Shown: positions 1 through 10,292, counted from the first letter of the stretch. The stretch: DNA of 64,000 nucleotides from Flavobacteriales bacterium (GCA_016721005.1 JADKJM010000007.1:24571-88570), one strand, 5' to 3'. Translations and numbers: made by a program. Notes: generated from the sequence alone by a model not told the origin.

Positions 1-363
1 GTCAACAAGACGACCATCCCCCAGTACGACGCTGTCACGCGGCCATCCTTCGGAGGTCATGATCGCACGAACTTTGATCGTGTCGATATAAGCGACCAAT
101 TCAGCACCTGACGCTTTGATCTTTTGTGCCTCGGCCCAAGCCGCACCATACTTGGCAGGGTTCTCATTGGCGTTGGCCTCGAATGCCTTGTACTGCACAT
201 CCATCTTGTCCTTGAGCGACAATTTGGTGTTCTCAAGACCGTTGTTGACCGTCACGAAGCTGTCCAGGATCTCCTTCGAAACGTTAAGCGCCAGCAGAGC
301 CGTCAACACGAGGTACATCATGTTGATCATCTTCTGTCTCGGCGACAATTTGCCACTTGCCAT
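1..363 (-). CDS. gldM: Gliding motility/T9SS protein GldM (PorM), N-terminal part; runs off the window start
   Basis: Reverse strand from ATG at 363 reads MASGKLSPRQKMINMMYLVLTALLALNVSKEILDS, the GldM N-terminal signature; directly downstream of gldL. Confidence 0.95.
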   Translation of the reverse strand, partial: MASGKLSPRQKMINMMYLVLTALLALNVSKEILDSFVTVNNGLENTKLSLKDKMDVQYKAFEANANENPAKYGAAWAEAQKIKASGAELVAYIDTIKVRAIMTSEGWPRDSVVLGDGRLVD

Positions 364-418
364 CTCTGATCGACCGGTTTAGGTTTGGTTGGGGTCTGGT
401 TCGCTGGACTTGTCCGGT

Positions 419-1207
419 TCAGCGGATGGTCATTGCAGCGAGCATGTTTCCGTACACCGTATTCAGCTTGGCGAGGTTGTCGCTGAGCACCGCGATGTTC
501 TCCTTGTAGCGCTTGGTGTCGTCCACCGAGTTGCGCAGGTTGGTCATCATCTCGCCCATGCCTTCGAACATCTGGTTCGCTGCCTCGAGCTTCTCGCGAC
601 TGGTCTTCAGTTGCAACTCGTACATCTCGTTCAGGTCCGAAAGGTTCTGGCTCATGCGCTTCAGGTTCTGCCCGGCATTCTTGCCCGCGTCCGCACTGGT
701 GCTGAGGTCGGCCAAGCTCTCGCTCGCCTTCGCATAGCTATCACTCAAGGTGGTCACTTTGGAAGTGGCATCCTTCAAGCTGTTCGCGTATTCGTTCGTT
801 GCGGCGGCCGCACCGGTGATCTGGCCCATCTGCTTGGCCTGATCGCTCAATGAACGCATACCATCACCCAAGCTTGCGATGAGTTCGGGTTCGATCTTCG
901 CACTCTCCAGCATGTCATCCAGTTGCTCCGTGATCGAGCGCTGATCCTCCTTGCTGAAATCATCCCCTTCGGACTTCTCACCGGTGGCGAGTTCCGGGTA
1001 AACGAGGCTCCAATCCGGATCCTCATGCGGCGGTTCGAATGCCGAGAAGAAGAAGATGATCGCTTCCGTACTCAATCCAAGGATCAGGAAAAAGCTGGCC
1101 AAGGGCCAGTGCTGGATCTTGAATAGAGCACCAATGATCACGACCGCGGCACCGATGCCGTACAACTTGGCCATGAAGTTCTTCCACTTCTTGCTCCCGG
1201 GTTTCAT
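419..1207 (-). CDS. gldL: Gliding motility/T9SS protein GldL (PorL)
   Basis: KNFMAKLYGIGAAVVIIGALFKIQHWP N-terminal two-TM signature; between gldK and gldM. Confidence 0.95.
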   Translation of the reverse strand: MKPGSKKWKNFMAKLYGIGAAVVIIGALFKIQHWPLASFFLILGLSTEAIIFFFSAFEPPHEDPDWSLVYPELATGEKSEGDDFSKEDQRSITEQLDDMLESAKIEPELIASLGDGMRSLSDQAKQMGQITGAAAATNEYANSLKDATSKVTTLSDSYAKASESLADLSTSADAGKNAGQNLKRMSQNLSDLNEMYELQLKTSREKLEAANQMFEGMGEMMTNLRNSVDDTKRYKENIAVLSDNLAKLNTVYGNMLAAMTIR

Positions 1208-1298
1208 CGTTCGTCCTTGCGTTTTAGGGTTCGTCTGTTGAGGGAATAGTCAAATAATGCGACCGTGCTGGTTCGGTAACGGTCACACGTCTTGCTCA

Positions 1299-2660
1299 CT
1301 AAAGGTCTTCTGCGTTCACTGCCTTACCGCGACCCAAATAGGTCATGACGGAACGGAAGCCAATGTACGCCTTGGTGGTATCCTGGTACTCGTAGCTGCG
1401 CGTGCCGGTCTGCATGTAGTATCCGATGTCCTTCCAAGAGCCACCACGGATCACTTTCCGCTTCAACGATGGCGCGTCCGTTGCCAGAGCGTCATAGCTG
1501 TACTCGGGGTTCAGGTCGTGGTCGAAATCATACACGCTCTCGTCGAACGCGGTGCTCGTCCACTCCGCTACGTTACCGGACATCTGGTACAGGCCGTAAT
1601 CGTTCGGTGTGTAGCTATCCACCGGAACCGTATGGAACCCGCCGTCATCCACGTAATTGCCGTGGAGCGGCTTGAAGTTTCCGAGGAAGCAGCCCTGCCG
1701 GTTACGAACGTACGGACCGCCCCATGGATACGGAGCTTGATCAAGCCCACCGCGTGATGCGTACTCCCACTCCGCCTCGGTAGGTAGTCGGAAGCGATTC
1801 ACGAAGGCTTCTCCATTATTCTCCAACCAACTGTTCATGAGTTGCGTGCGCCACACATTGAACGCGGTAGCCTGTACCCAGGTCACACCCACCAATGGAT
1901 AATCATCGTACGCCGGGTGCCAGAAGTAATTCTCTGTCATCGGCTCATTGAAGGAGTAAGTGAAGTCATGCACCCAGACCAAGGTATCGGGGTACACGTT
2001 GATGACTTCCTTGATGATGAACTTGCTGCGATCGCTATGGCCGCGGATGGCGTTGTTCTGTCCCTTCACGTTGGTGTAGCTCAGGTCGAGATCACGTGCC
2101 CAATTGCTTGGGGTTCCTTTCCGGGCCGCCTCCTTGAGGTCGATCCAGTAGTACTCGAACATCAATTTGCGCGTGTCGATCTCCTTGCGGCGATAGAACC
2201 GCTCGCTTTCGCTCAGGAACATGTCGGCCAAGGCCTCGCGTTCCTCATCGCCGTACCAGTTGATACGCTCCCTCCAGTTGATCACCGGTGGGTCGATCTC
2301 CTCACCGAACTCATCCTCACTGATGATGTGCTCGCCGATGTCCTCATCACCCAGGATCCGCTTCGCAATGGAATCCCGCACGTAATACACGAATTGGCGG
2401 TACTCATTGTTGGTGATCTCCGTCTGGTCGATGTAGAAGGCTTGGACGGAGACCGTCTTGCTCTTCGTGACCATGGCGTAGGGTACATCCTGATCACTGG
2501 GACCCATGATGTAGCTACCCATCGGGATATAGTTCATCCCATAGGGATCAACTTGGTACCAACCTGGCCTGCCTTGGGCGCCGATGAGCTGCCCCTGACC
2601 GCCTCCACCGCAGCTCGCCAGCAAGCCTACGGCGCCGAGAATCAAGATGGGACGTTGCAT
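1299..2660 (-). CDS. gldK: Gliding motility lipoprotein GldK (PorK), FGE-sulfatase domain
   Basis: Lipobox LLASC after start MQRPIL (2660; alternative 2684); RLPTEAEWEYASRGG, YGLYQMSGNVAEWT and RGGSWKD motifs; operon context. Confidence 0.93.
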   Translation of the reverse strand: MQRPILILGAVGLLASCGGGGQGQLIGAQGRPGWYQVDPYGMNYIPMGSYIMGPSDQDVPYAMVTKSKTVSVQAFYIDQTEITNNEYRQFVYYVRDSIAKRILGDEDIGEHIISEDEFGEEIDPPVINWRERINWYGDEEREALADMFLSESERFYRRKEIDTRKLMFEYYWIDLKEAARKGTPSNWARDLDLSYTNVKGQNNAIRGHSDRSKFIIKEVINVYPDTLVWVHDFTYSFNEPMTENYFWHPAYDDYPLVGVTWVQATAFNVWRTQLMNSWLENNGEAFVNRFRLPTEAEWEYASRGGLDQAPYPWGGPYVRNRQGCFLGNFKPLHGNYVDDGGFHTVPVDSYTPNDYGLYQMSGNVAEWTSTAFDESVYDFDHDLNPEYSYDALATDAPSLKRKVIRGGSWKDIGYYMQTGTRSYEYQDTTKAYIGFRSVMTYLGRGKAVNAEDL

Positions 2661-2781
2661 GTTCTTCCTGTTTTGCCGCTCCATGTCTTCCTTGCAGGGA
2701 TCCTTGATAAAGGTGCTTCGGGTAAGCGAACACCTAAGACGAGGCACTTTACGGCAGTTTGGGTTGTTGGGTTTCGGTCGA

Positions 2782-3711
2782 TTAGAGGAACAAGGGGTTC
2801 CTGTAGATCTGGACATCTGGTGGTTTCACCAGCAACACACAATAATTCACCATCAATTCATGACTACCGCTGCTGTAATTGCGCAGTTTCGAGGTAGTGA
2901 TGTCATAGCTGTAGCCCACCTTCAACATGGACTTCGTATTGGGCTTGAATTGGTACCCGATCAACGGCGCGATCGCATCCTCCGTCCGGTAGGAAACGCC
3001 CAACCAGACCATGTTATTATAGAGGAAGGTGCCGGTGATGTCGAACTGGGTGGAGGTTCCGTCACTCTTCATCAATACGCTAGGCTGCACAACGTACTTC
3101 GGGTCGCCCTTCAATTTCCAATTGTAGCCGGCCTGAAGGAAATAGTGGCGACGCTGCTGGATGCTCACATTGCTCAACTCCACCTCGGTAAGGTGTGTAC
3201 TGGAGAAACCCGCCCACAAGGTCGGACTCACATAATACAGTCCTGCCGCGAGATCCCAGCCCATATCACTGTTACCATTCGCAGGAATGGAGTTGTCCTG
3301 GGAGATGGGATCCGTCGCCTGCCAATCGTTACCAAGGGTGTGACTCATCAGGCCTGCTGCCAAACCGATGCCGATGGTTCCCGGTCCGATCTTACGATGG
3401 AAGGAATAGCTCAACCGAGCGTAAGTGCTCTTTTGTTGTCCCAGCTTGTCAAGAAATACGGAAAGTCCAACCCCGCTGCTGATGCGCTTAATGGACCCGT
3501 GAACGTTCAACAAGGCGGTCTTGGGTGCCCCATCGAAGCCGGTCCATTGCTGTCGGAGCAGCATGGTCCCACAAAGTTCCCCGGTCGTACCAGCAACCCC
3601 GGGGTTGATGGACAAGCGGTCAAACATGTATTGGGTGAACTGCGGATCCTGCTGCGCGAACGACGCGCTTGCCACGGCCGCGCATAGTGCTGCGGTAATT
3701 ATCCCCCTCAT
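2782..3711 (-). CDS. Type IX secretion membrane protein, PorP/SprF family
   Basis: Signal peptide then QQDPQFTQYMF..INPG.AG, RQQWTGFDGAPKT, GYSYD..TSKL...SSGSHE; directly upstream of gldK. Confidence 0.92.
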   Translation of the reverse strand: MRGIITAALCAAVASASFAQQDPQFTQYMFDRLSINPGVAGTTGELCGTMLLRQQWTGFDGAPKTALLNVHGSIKRISSGVGLSVFLDKLGQQKSTYARLSYSFHRKIGPGTIGIGLAAGLMSHTLGNDWQATDPISQDNSIPANGNSDMGWDLAAGLYYVSPTLWAGFSSTHLTEVELSNVSIQQRRHYFLQAGYNWKLKGDPKYVVQPSVLMKSDGTSTQFDITGTFLYNNMVWLGVSYRTEDAIAPLIGYQFKPNTKSMLKVGYSYDITTSKLRNYSSGSHELMVNYCVLLVKPPDVQIYRNPLFL

Positions 3712-3870
3712 GCTGTTGTTCCGTTCGGTGTGGAGCCTCGCATTCGTGGGAAAGGTGATCTACCGTCCCCAAGAACCGGCGCCAATATAGCAATTCCCAT
3801 TACCCGCCAAATCCGCCCGCATCCCTCTAGTGCTGGGATCCTACCGAAAGTGCTCGGGATGGGCCCCGGC

Positions 3871-4947
3871 CTAGGCCAACTTCTGGAAAGTCCGCCACCA
3901 ACGGTCCGGCACTTCCTCCCGACAGGCAGCTTGATAATCACCGTATGAGCACGGTACGAGATGATGGCGCTCAAAACGCGCTTCTTGCTCGGCCCGGTAT
4001 GGCACGTCCATCCACCAGCGGTCGCTGATGGTGCTTTTGTAGAACACCAATTCCTGATCGTGGCCTTTGATGGGGATCCTGAACCGCGTGAACCGTTTGC
4101 GGTCCAGCCACGGCAGATCGTTGGTGCGGCTGCGGAACCCATCCAGGAAGCACCAGACCATTTGTGCAGCGAGTTGGGCGGTGACCCCATGTTCGTCCTT
4201 CGCAGGATCCATCTCATATATCCCGACCGAGGTGATCTTCTCGCTTACCCCTGCGTAGCGCATCAACTGGCAAACCTCTTCGCCGAGGAATCCATTCGGT
4301 CCAGGGCGACTGGTACCAGGAGCATCGGCGCGACGAACTGAAGAGAGATCCACACTCATGGAGTCGGCGTTGCGCAACACAGGTTCTGCATCTGCTATGT
4401 TCATCCGTAGCTCCCCTAAGCGATGAACGTCGAAAAGAAGTCGCTCCATCAACTCGATGCCCGGTTGGTCCACGTGGTAGGTCTGGAAACCGAGGTTGCT
4501 GTAGTTGAAGAGGAAGTTCGGTTGGCGCAGGACGATGTGGCTCAAGTAGCTCGTATCCGCAAGTCCTTGGCCGGGTTCGCCGAGATCGAAGCGGCTATCC
4601 ACGCACACGAGGTTCGCGGTGCGCTCCAGCATTTCGTAGGCCAGGTATTGCGAGAAGGTGTGTCCTTGGCCGCCGCCTAGGATGATCGGGACGATATTGG
4701 ATCGCATCAACTCCGCCAACGTTTCCGCCACGGCGTGTTGCGTATCCCCAGCGCTGGCACCCGGATGGATGTCACCGAGGTCGACCATGTGGACCTGTCC
4801 AGCGGTCTGGTGCAGCTGGTAGAGTTCCTCGCGGATCGCATCCGGTGCTTCCACACATGAACGCGGTTTCGAATGACCGGGGTCGTCGATCACTCCGAAG
4901 ACCGCCACTTGCATTCCTTCCAAGGAAGGGAATCCACGACCTACCAT
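3871..4947 (-). CDS. Arginase/formimidoylglutamase-fold protein; 5' end possibly truncated
   Basis: IREELYQL, DLGDI, VPIILGGGQ, VDSRFDLG, GPNGFLGEEVCQLMRYAG; usual topA-gldK neighbour in Bacteroidota; canonical DAHxD metal motif is degenerate (DSRFD). Confidence 0.8.
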   Translation of the reverse strand: MVGRGFPSLEGMQVAVFGVIDDPGHSKPRSCVEAPDAIREELYQLHQTAGQVHMVDLGDIHPGASAGDTQHAVAETLAELMRSNIVPIILGGGQGHTFSQYLAYEMLERTANLVCVDSRFDLGEPGQGLADTSYLSHIVLRQPNFLFNYSNLGFQTYHVDQPGIELMERLLFDVHRLGELRMNIADAEPVLRNADSMSVDLSSVRRADAPGTSRPGPNGFLGEEVCQLMRYAGVSEKITSVGIYEMDPAKDEHGVTAQLAAQMVWCFLDGFRSRTNDLPWLDRKRFTRFRIPIKGHDQELVFYKSTISDRWWMDVPYRAEQEARFERHHLVPCSYGDYQAACREEVPDRWWRTFQKLA

Positions 4948-7453
4948 GTGGAAGGTGGCCGCCCTTGCGGGCCTTGCCTTTGCGCTCCGGTGCGGCGGCT
5001 AGCAATGTGGTCGCTTCCTCCAAGGTGATGTCCGCCGGTTCCTTCTCCTTGGGGACGTTCGCGTTCTTCTTCCCGTCGGTGATATACGGTCCATAACGAC
5101 CGGCGAGGATCTGGATCTCCGACCCGGTGAATTCCTTCAGGATGTTCTGTCGCACGCCAGCCAGCTTGGCCTCCATCAATTCAATGCCACGCTCCAAGGT
5201 CACTGCGGTCGGCTCCTCTCCCTTCGGGATGTTCGCGTAGGTCTTGCCGTACTTCACGAATGGGCCGAAGCGACCACGACCGACGACGAGCATCTCGCCC
5301 TTGTACTCGCCGAGGTCTCGTGTAGCGTTCGCGATCTTCTTCAGGTCGATGAGTTCCACTGCACGCGCGAGATCGATCGCCAACGGATCATCCTCCGGCG
5401 TGAGGCTGGCGTAGGTGCTGCCCAAGCGTACATATGGACCGAAGCGACCGATACCTACCGTACACACTTCGCCATCACGTTCACCCAATGTGCGTGGCAA
5501 CTTGAAAAGATCCAGTGCCTCTTCATAGGTAATGGTCTGAATGCTCTGATCCTTGCGCAGGCTGGCGAAGCGCGGCTTCTCCTCGTCCTCCACGCTGCCG
5601 ATCTGCACCATGGGCCCAAAGCGACCGATACGTGCATTGATCGGCTTGCCACTGACCGGATCCATTCCCAACAGGCGTGCACCGGTGGCCCGCTCCGCGG
5701 AATCCTTCACTGTTCCGATGGTGACATGGAACGGCTTGTAGAAGCGCGCGATCATCTCGCGCCAATTCTCCTTGCCTTCGGCGATCACGTCGAACTCCTC
5801 CTCCACTTTCGCGGTGAAGTTGAGATCCACGATCACAGGGAAGTGCTCCACGAGGAAATCGTTCACCACCATACCGATGTCGGTGGGGAAGAGTTTCTGT
5901 TTCTCAGCGCCGACGTTCTCAGTAGCTGTCGCATCAGAGACCGCATCATTCACGAGCGTGAGGATCCGATACGGACGCGGCTTGCCATCGCGGTTCTCCT
6001 TCACTACGTAGCCGCGCTTCTGCACGGTGCTGATCGTGGGTGCGTAGGTGGAAGGGCGGCCGATGCCGAGTTCCTCCAGCTTCTTCACTAGGCTCGCTTC
6101 GGTGTATCGCGGTGAAGGGCGATCGAAGCGTTGCGTAGCGAGCATCTCTTTCAATGCGAGTAGCTCGCCCTGCTTCATGTCCGGCAGCAAACCCGCCTGC
6201 TCATCGCTATCCTCATCGTCCTTGCCTTCCATGTACACCTTCAGGAAACCATCGAAGAGGATCACCTCGCCCTGCGCGACCAGGTTCTCACCGGGTCGGC
6301 CACTGATGCCGATGTTCACGACGGTCTTCTCCAGTTCCGCCTCCGCCATTTGGCTGGCGAGCGTGCGCTTCCAGATCAGGTCGTAGAGTCGTTCCGCATC
6401 GCTATCGGCTCCGGCGTTCCGCACGCGCATGTCCGCCGGGCGAATGGCCTCGTGCGCTTCCTGCGCGCCTTTGCTCTTGCTCGTGAACCGGCGCGACTTG
6501 CTGTACCGCTCGCCGTATTGCTCACTGATCTGTTCCGCCGCTGCAGCGATGGCCTGTTCGCTCAGGTTCACCGAATCGGTACGCATGTAAGTGATGTGCC
6601 CCTGCTCGTACAGCCCTTGCGCGATCCTCATGGTGCGGTCCACACCATAGCCGAGTTTGCGTGACGCTTCCTGTTGAAGTGTGCTGGTGGTGAACGGCGC
6701 AGCCGGTGATCGCTTACCGGGCTTCTTCTCCACGGCGTGTACCGTGTAGTTGGAACCGATGCACCCTTCAAGGAAAGCGCGCGCTTCTTCTTCCGTCGCG
6801 AAACGCGTCGGCAATTCCGCTTTCACACTCGCGCCACTTCCGGTGGTCATGATCGCGGTGATGCGGAAGGCGCTCTTGCTGTCGAAGTCGAGGATCTCGC
6901 GCTCACGCTCCACGATCAAGCGCACCGCCACGCTTTGCACGCGACCGGCGCTCAGGCTCGGCTTCACCTTACGCCAAAGGATCGGGCTCAATTCGTAACC
7001 GACCAAGCGATCCAGCACACGGCGCGCTTGCTGTGCATCCACCAAGTGGATATCGATCGCGCGCGGTTCCAACATCGCCGCCGTGACCGCCTGCTTCGTG
7101 ATCTCGTTGAAGGTGATGCGCTTCACCTTGTCATCGGCGAGGTGCAACGCTTCCTTCAAGTGCCAGCTGATGGCTTCTCCTTCGCGGTCCTCGTCAGTCG
7201 CGAGCCACACCGTTCCGGCCTTGTCGGCTTCCTTCTGCAATTGCTTCAGGCGGTCCTTCTTGTCATCGGGGATGATGTACGTCGGTTCGAAGCCGTTCTC
7301 CACATCCACGCTCAGGTCGCGTTCAGGAAGATCACGCACATGACCATAACTGCTCAACACCGTGTAGCCTTCGCCGAGGTACTTCTCGATCGTCTTCGCT
7401 TTCGCTGGCGACTCCACGATCACCAGATCTCCGCTTCCTTTCTTCTTGGCCAT
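4772..7453 (-). CDS. topA: DNA topoisomerase I; ORF reads about 60 codons into the downstream gene
   Basis: LVIVESPAKAKTI, SSYGHVRDL, ATDEDREGEAI, SAGRVQS, GHITYMRTDS, AQEAHEAIRP, C-terminal GRFGPY repeats. Confidence 0.97.
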   Translation of the reverse strand: MAKKKGSGDLVIVESPAKAKTIEKYLGEGYTVLSSYGHVRDLPERDLSVDVENGFEPTYIIPDDKKDRLKQLQKEADKAGTVWLATDEDREGEAISWHLKEALHLADDKVKRITFNEITKQAVTAAMLEPRAIDIHLVDAQQARRVLDRLVGYELSPILWRKVKPSLSAGRVQSVAVRLIVEREREILDFDSKSAFRITAIMTTGSGASVKAELPTRFATEEEARAFLEGCIGSNYTVHAVEKKPGKRSPAAPFTTSTLQQEASRKLGYGVDRTMRIAQGLYEQGHITYMRTDSVNLSEQAIAAAAEQISEQYGERYSKSRRFTSKSKGAQEAHEAIRPADMRVRNAGADSDAERLYDLIWKRTLASQMAEAELEKTVVNIGISGRPGENLVAQGEVILFDGFLKVYMEGKDDEDSDEQAGLLPDMKQGELLALKEMLATQRFDRPSPRYTEASLVKKLEELGIGRPSTYAPTISTVQKRGYVVKENRDGKPRPYRILTLVNDAVSDATATENVGAEKQKLFPTDIGMVVNDFLVEHFPVIVDLNFTAKVEEEFDVIAEGKENWREMIARFYKPFHVTIGTVKDSAERATGARLLGMDPVSGKPINARIGRFGPMVQIGSVEDEEKPRFASLRKDQSIQTITYEEALDLFKLPRTLGERDGEVCTVGIGRFGPYVRLGSTYASLTPEDDPLAIDLARAVELIDLKKIANATRDLGEYKGEMLVVGRGRFGPFVKYGKTYANIPKGEEPTAVTLERGIELMEAKLAGVRQNILKEFTGSEIQILAGRYGPYITDGKKNANVPKEKEPADITLEEATTLLAAAPERKGKARKGGHLPHGRSWIPFLGRNASGGLRSDRRPRSFETAFMCGSTGCDPRGTLPAAPDRWTGPHGRPR

Positions 7454-7683
7454 GGATTGATCCTATTCAGGGCGGCAAATAAAAGGGGCTATTCACCGGA
7501 TCCGGTTACCCTTCCCCGTTCCTTCTTCTACTTCCCCTTTAGGGGAAGGAAAATTTCAACAGGTCCGGTGATCCGGAAAGAGGCCGCTGAAAAGTGATCG
7601 ACCCGACCCTTCTTCGATCCGATCCACGAACCTTTGTCATGGATGAAATGTTCTGGCGACAGTCGGGTCCCGGTAAGATCGGG

Positions 7684-8244
7684 ATGAAACACATGCCAAC
7701 GATGAACACCTTCTCTTTGCTGCTCGCCTCGGCATTGATGCTTTCCGCCTGCGGCACATCCAACGGACAAACCGCCTCGAAGAACCCGACCATGGATACG
7801 AACAACCAGTACGATCACAGCACCAATCCGTACTACTCGCACACGGACACCGCAAAGCTGGATGTCCCGCTGGCCGAGTGGAAGAAGATCCTTCCGGAGG
7901 ACCTCTACTACATCGCCTTCGAGAAAGGAACCGAACGCGCCTTCACGGGGAAGTACTGGGACTTCGATGGGATCGGCACCTACGCCTGCGCGGTGTGTGG
8001 TAACGTGCTCTTCCAGGCCGATTCCAAGTTCGCGAGCAGTTGCGGTTGGCCGAGCTTCTTCCAGCCGGAGCGCAAGGATGCGATCCACTATCACGCGGAC
8101 GATGCATTCGGAATGATCCGCACGGAAACGACCTGTGGGCGATGCGGTGCGCACCTCGGCCACGTGTTCGATGATGGCCCGAAGCCGACCGGACAGCGCT
8201 ACTGCATCAACTCGGTGAGCTTGGACTTCATCGGGAAGAAGTAG
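7684..8244 (+). CDS. msrB: Peptide-methionine (R)-S-oxide reductase with lipoprotein signal
   Basis: GTERAFTGKY, CAVC, SKFASSCGWPSF, CGRCGAHLGHVFDDGPKPTGQRYCINS; lipobox LMLSAC. Confidence 0.93.
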   Translation: MKHMPTMNTFSLLLASALMLSACGTSNGQTASKNPTMDTNNQYDHSTNPYYSHTDTAKLDVPLAEWKKILPEDLYYIAFEKGTERAFTGKYWDFDGIGTYACAVCGNVLFQADSKFASSCGWPSFFQPERKDAIHYHADDAFGMIRTETTCGRCGAHLGHVFDDGPKPTGQRYCINSVSLDFIGKK

Positions 8245-8294
8245 CCACGTCCTTGGGTGGTGGCCGTTCTACCTTGTGCGACCAACCTTGGACC

Positions 8295-8744
8295 ATGCGC
8301 TACCTGTTGCCTCTTCTCGCGATCCTGTTCTTCGCCACGAACATCACGGCGCAGAAGCCGGTCGCTGTTGTTCCTCCGGCGGCGGCGAGTGCGCACCTCA
8401 CCAAGACCTATCCGGGCGCAGTGGTGGAGAAATGGAAAAAGGGCGGTAAGCACTTCAAGGCCGATTTCAAATTGAAGAACGAGACCTACCATGCCTACTA
8501 CACACCGGCTGGTGCGTGGGTACGCACCGAACACAACATCCCGAAGAACGAACTGCCCGCAGCGGTCGCCGCCCAGTTGAAAGCGTCGAAGTACAGCAAC
8601 TGGAAGATCAAGGATGTGGAGGAACACGCTACACCCGAACAGCCGCGGTTGTTCAAATTGAAAGTGGACACCGAGATCAAGAAGGCGGAACTCGTGTTCA
8701 CGCCGGATGGAAAGTTGGTGAGCGCGGATGAGAAGGCGAAGTAG
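8295..8744 (+). CDS. Exported PepSY-like (BLIP-like) domain protein
   Basis: Signal peptide; two repeats of the P.AV...L....YP/Y...W...Y.A.Y...G pattern. Confidence 0.7.
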   Translation: MRYLLPLLAILFFATNITAQKPVAVVPPAAASAHLTKTYPGAVVEKWKKGGKHFKADFKLKNETYHAYYTPAGAWVRTEHNIPKNELPAAVAAQLKASKYSNWKIKDVEEHATPEQPRLFKLKVDTEIKKAELVFTPDGKLVSADEKAK

Positions 8745-8745
8745 A

Positions 8746-9480
8746 TCAAGTCTTCGGCTCTTTCATCTGTACTCTGAGCGGACCCGCACGTAGTCGAGTC
8801 CAGAATCCGCGACCGTTCCGGTGCCACAGGACACCGACCCTGATGCCTGCATCGATACCTCCGATCTTGTTCCCGCTCCTTAGCATGGAAGAGACGGCCA
8901 AACTGAGAAACGGGTCAACAGTGAGTCCCACGTTCTTGCTGATACTCGGAGTGTATCGGAGGGCGATCAGAAGTCGCTGGTCACCACTAAATCGAGTAGG
9001 CGCTTGAAGCGGAATTGTATCCCTTGACCAATCACCTTGCGGAGGTGGGAAGATCGACCAATTGCGCGATGTACCTTCCATTGAGCCGCCAACAAGCCAC
9101 CCCAACTGAAGACCCACTCGGAATGTGAGTGTGCTTCGTCCGAACTCAGGACCAAGGGTGAAATACAAATGGTCAAGACGTGTATTCAAAGTGGTGAACG
9201 TCCCTCCGCCATGACTACCCTCATCAAGGTGCGCGGTGAACTCTCGATGTCTCCAATCCACCTCGGCGAAAAAATTCCCAACTGCTGGTAGTCGATCACG
9301 GTAGAACAGGCTCGCGGTCATCGGAAAGGATTGCTCCGACGTAACTGATGGGCTGCCGTACGAGCCTGATATGCTCATTTGGTAGAGATATCCACCGACA
9401 CCCCCGCCGAATTCGAACTGGGCAACCCCGGTTCCAGTCACAAACATTCCGATCCACGAGACCGCAATTCGCAGGGTCAT
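8746..9480 (-). CDS. Putative outer-membrane beta-barrel protein
   Basis: Signal peptide then Q-F-E-F-G-G-G-V-G; alternating amphipathic strands; paralog of the next gene; lower GC by eye. Confidence 0.55.
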   Translation of the reverse strand: MTLRIAVSWIGMFVTGTGVAQFEFGGGVGGYLYQMSISGSYGSPSVTSEQSFPMTASLFYRDRLPAVGNFFAEVDWRHREFTAHLDEGSHGGGTFTTLNTRLDHLYFTLGPEFGRSTLTFRVGLQLGWLVGGSMEGTSRNWSIFPPPQGDWSRDTIPLQAPTRFSGDQRLLIALRYTPSISKNVGLTVDPFLSLAVSSMLRSGNKIGGIDAGIRVGVLWHRNGRGFWTRLRAGPLRVQMKEPKT

Positions 9481-9511
9481 GCGCGCCGGAGGCACTGCCG
9501 CATTCGATCGT

Positions 9512-10228
9512 TCACTCATCACTTGGCGCTATCGCCTTTACAAACAATCCCTTGCGTTGGATCCTTCGGTAGAACCCGACGGTGATACCCACATCGGCTC
9601 CTCGGCTTCCGGGTTTGTCCTTGAGCAGAGAACTGAGAGCGGTGTTCACATATCCGTCCAGTGAGACTCCGAAGGCTTTGGCGTTGAAGTTCCGCAAGCT
9701 CAAACCGAACATGAATCGAAGATCGCCCTGGAGCATCGCTGGTTCGGAGTTCGCGTAAGTAGTCTCCTCGACATACGTTCCGTTGAAAGCTGATCGGGAT
9801 CCGCTCACTCTTCCACCAACCTTGAATCCGATCATCGGCCCGAAGCGCGCTATCACCTTGCCGAAGTCGTCAAGCCGGACTTCGGGAACAATAATCAGAT
9901 AGATCAGGTCCAGATCCACGTGAAGCGATTCCTTAACGCCAGGCGCCAGGCCTTGGTAGGCTTGGGATACATAGAAAGTGCGCCGGAGGAAGAACAACTC
10001 GGCGCAGAAGTTCAATTGCTTCGGGGAAGCACCCCTGTAAAATACCGAAGCAGAAAGTCCAGGTGCATCAAAGTCATCATATTCGACCCTGTACAGGTTA
10101 TGCTTGTCACGTGCACCTCGCAGCCGTTGGCTGTATGCGCCGATACCTAAGCCAATATCATATTGCGACATCGCGCAATGGGCAACCAACCCAACTACCA
10201 GAAGGCAATATTTTCTCAGATAATTCAA
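9512..10228 (-). CDS. Putative outer-membrane beta-barrel protein (paralog of 8746-9480)
   Basis: Signal peptide then QYDIGLGIG; LDLIYLIIVPE...FGPMIGFKVGG matches LDHLYFTLGPE...VGLQLGWLVGG of the neighbour. Confidence 0.55.
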   Translation of the reverse strand: MNYLRKYCLLVVGLVAHCAMSQYDIGLGIGAYSQRLRGARDKHNLYRVEYDDFDAPGLSASVFYRGASPKQLNFCAELFFLRRTFYVSQAYQGLAPGVKESLHVDLDLIYLIIVPEVRLDDFGKVIARFGPMIGFKVGGRVSGSRSAFNGTYVEETTYANSEPAMLQGDLRFMFGLSLRNFNAKAFGVSLDGYVNTALSSLLKDKPGSRGADVGITVGFYRRIQRKGLFVKAIAPSDE

Positions 10229-10292
10229 TGCGTTCGATCCAAGGGTGAAGGTAGATGCTATCCTGCCAGCTTGTCAGCGCCGTGAAGCCCGC

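Noticed and set aside
1299-2816. 505-aa N-terminally extended GldK overlapping porP
   Set aside because: The lipoprotein signal starts at 2660 (or 2684); the extension is not signal-like
3708-4217. 169-aa ORF overlapping the arginase-fold gene and abutting porP
   Set aside because: It is an alternative frame of a real gene with low-complexity composition
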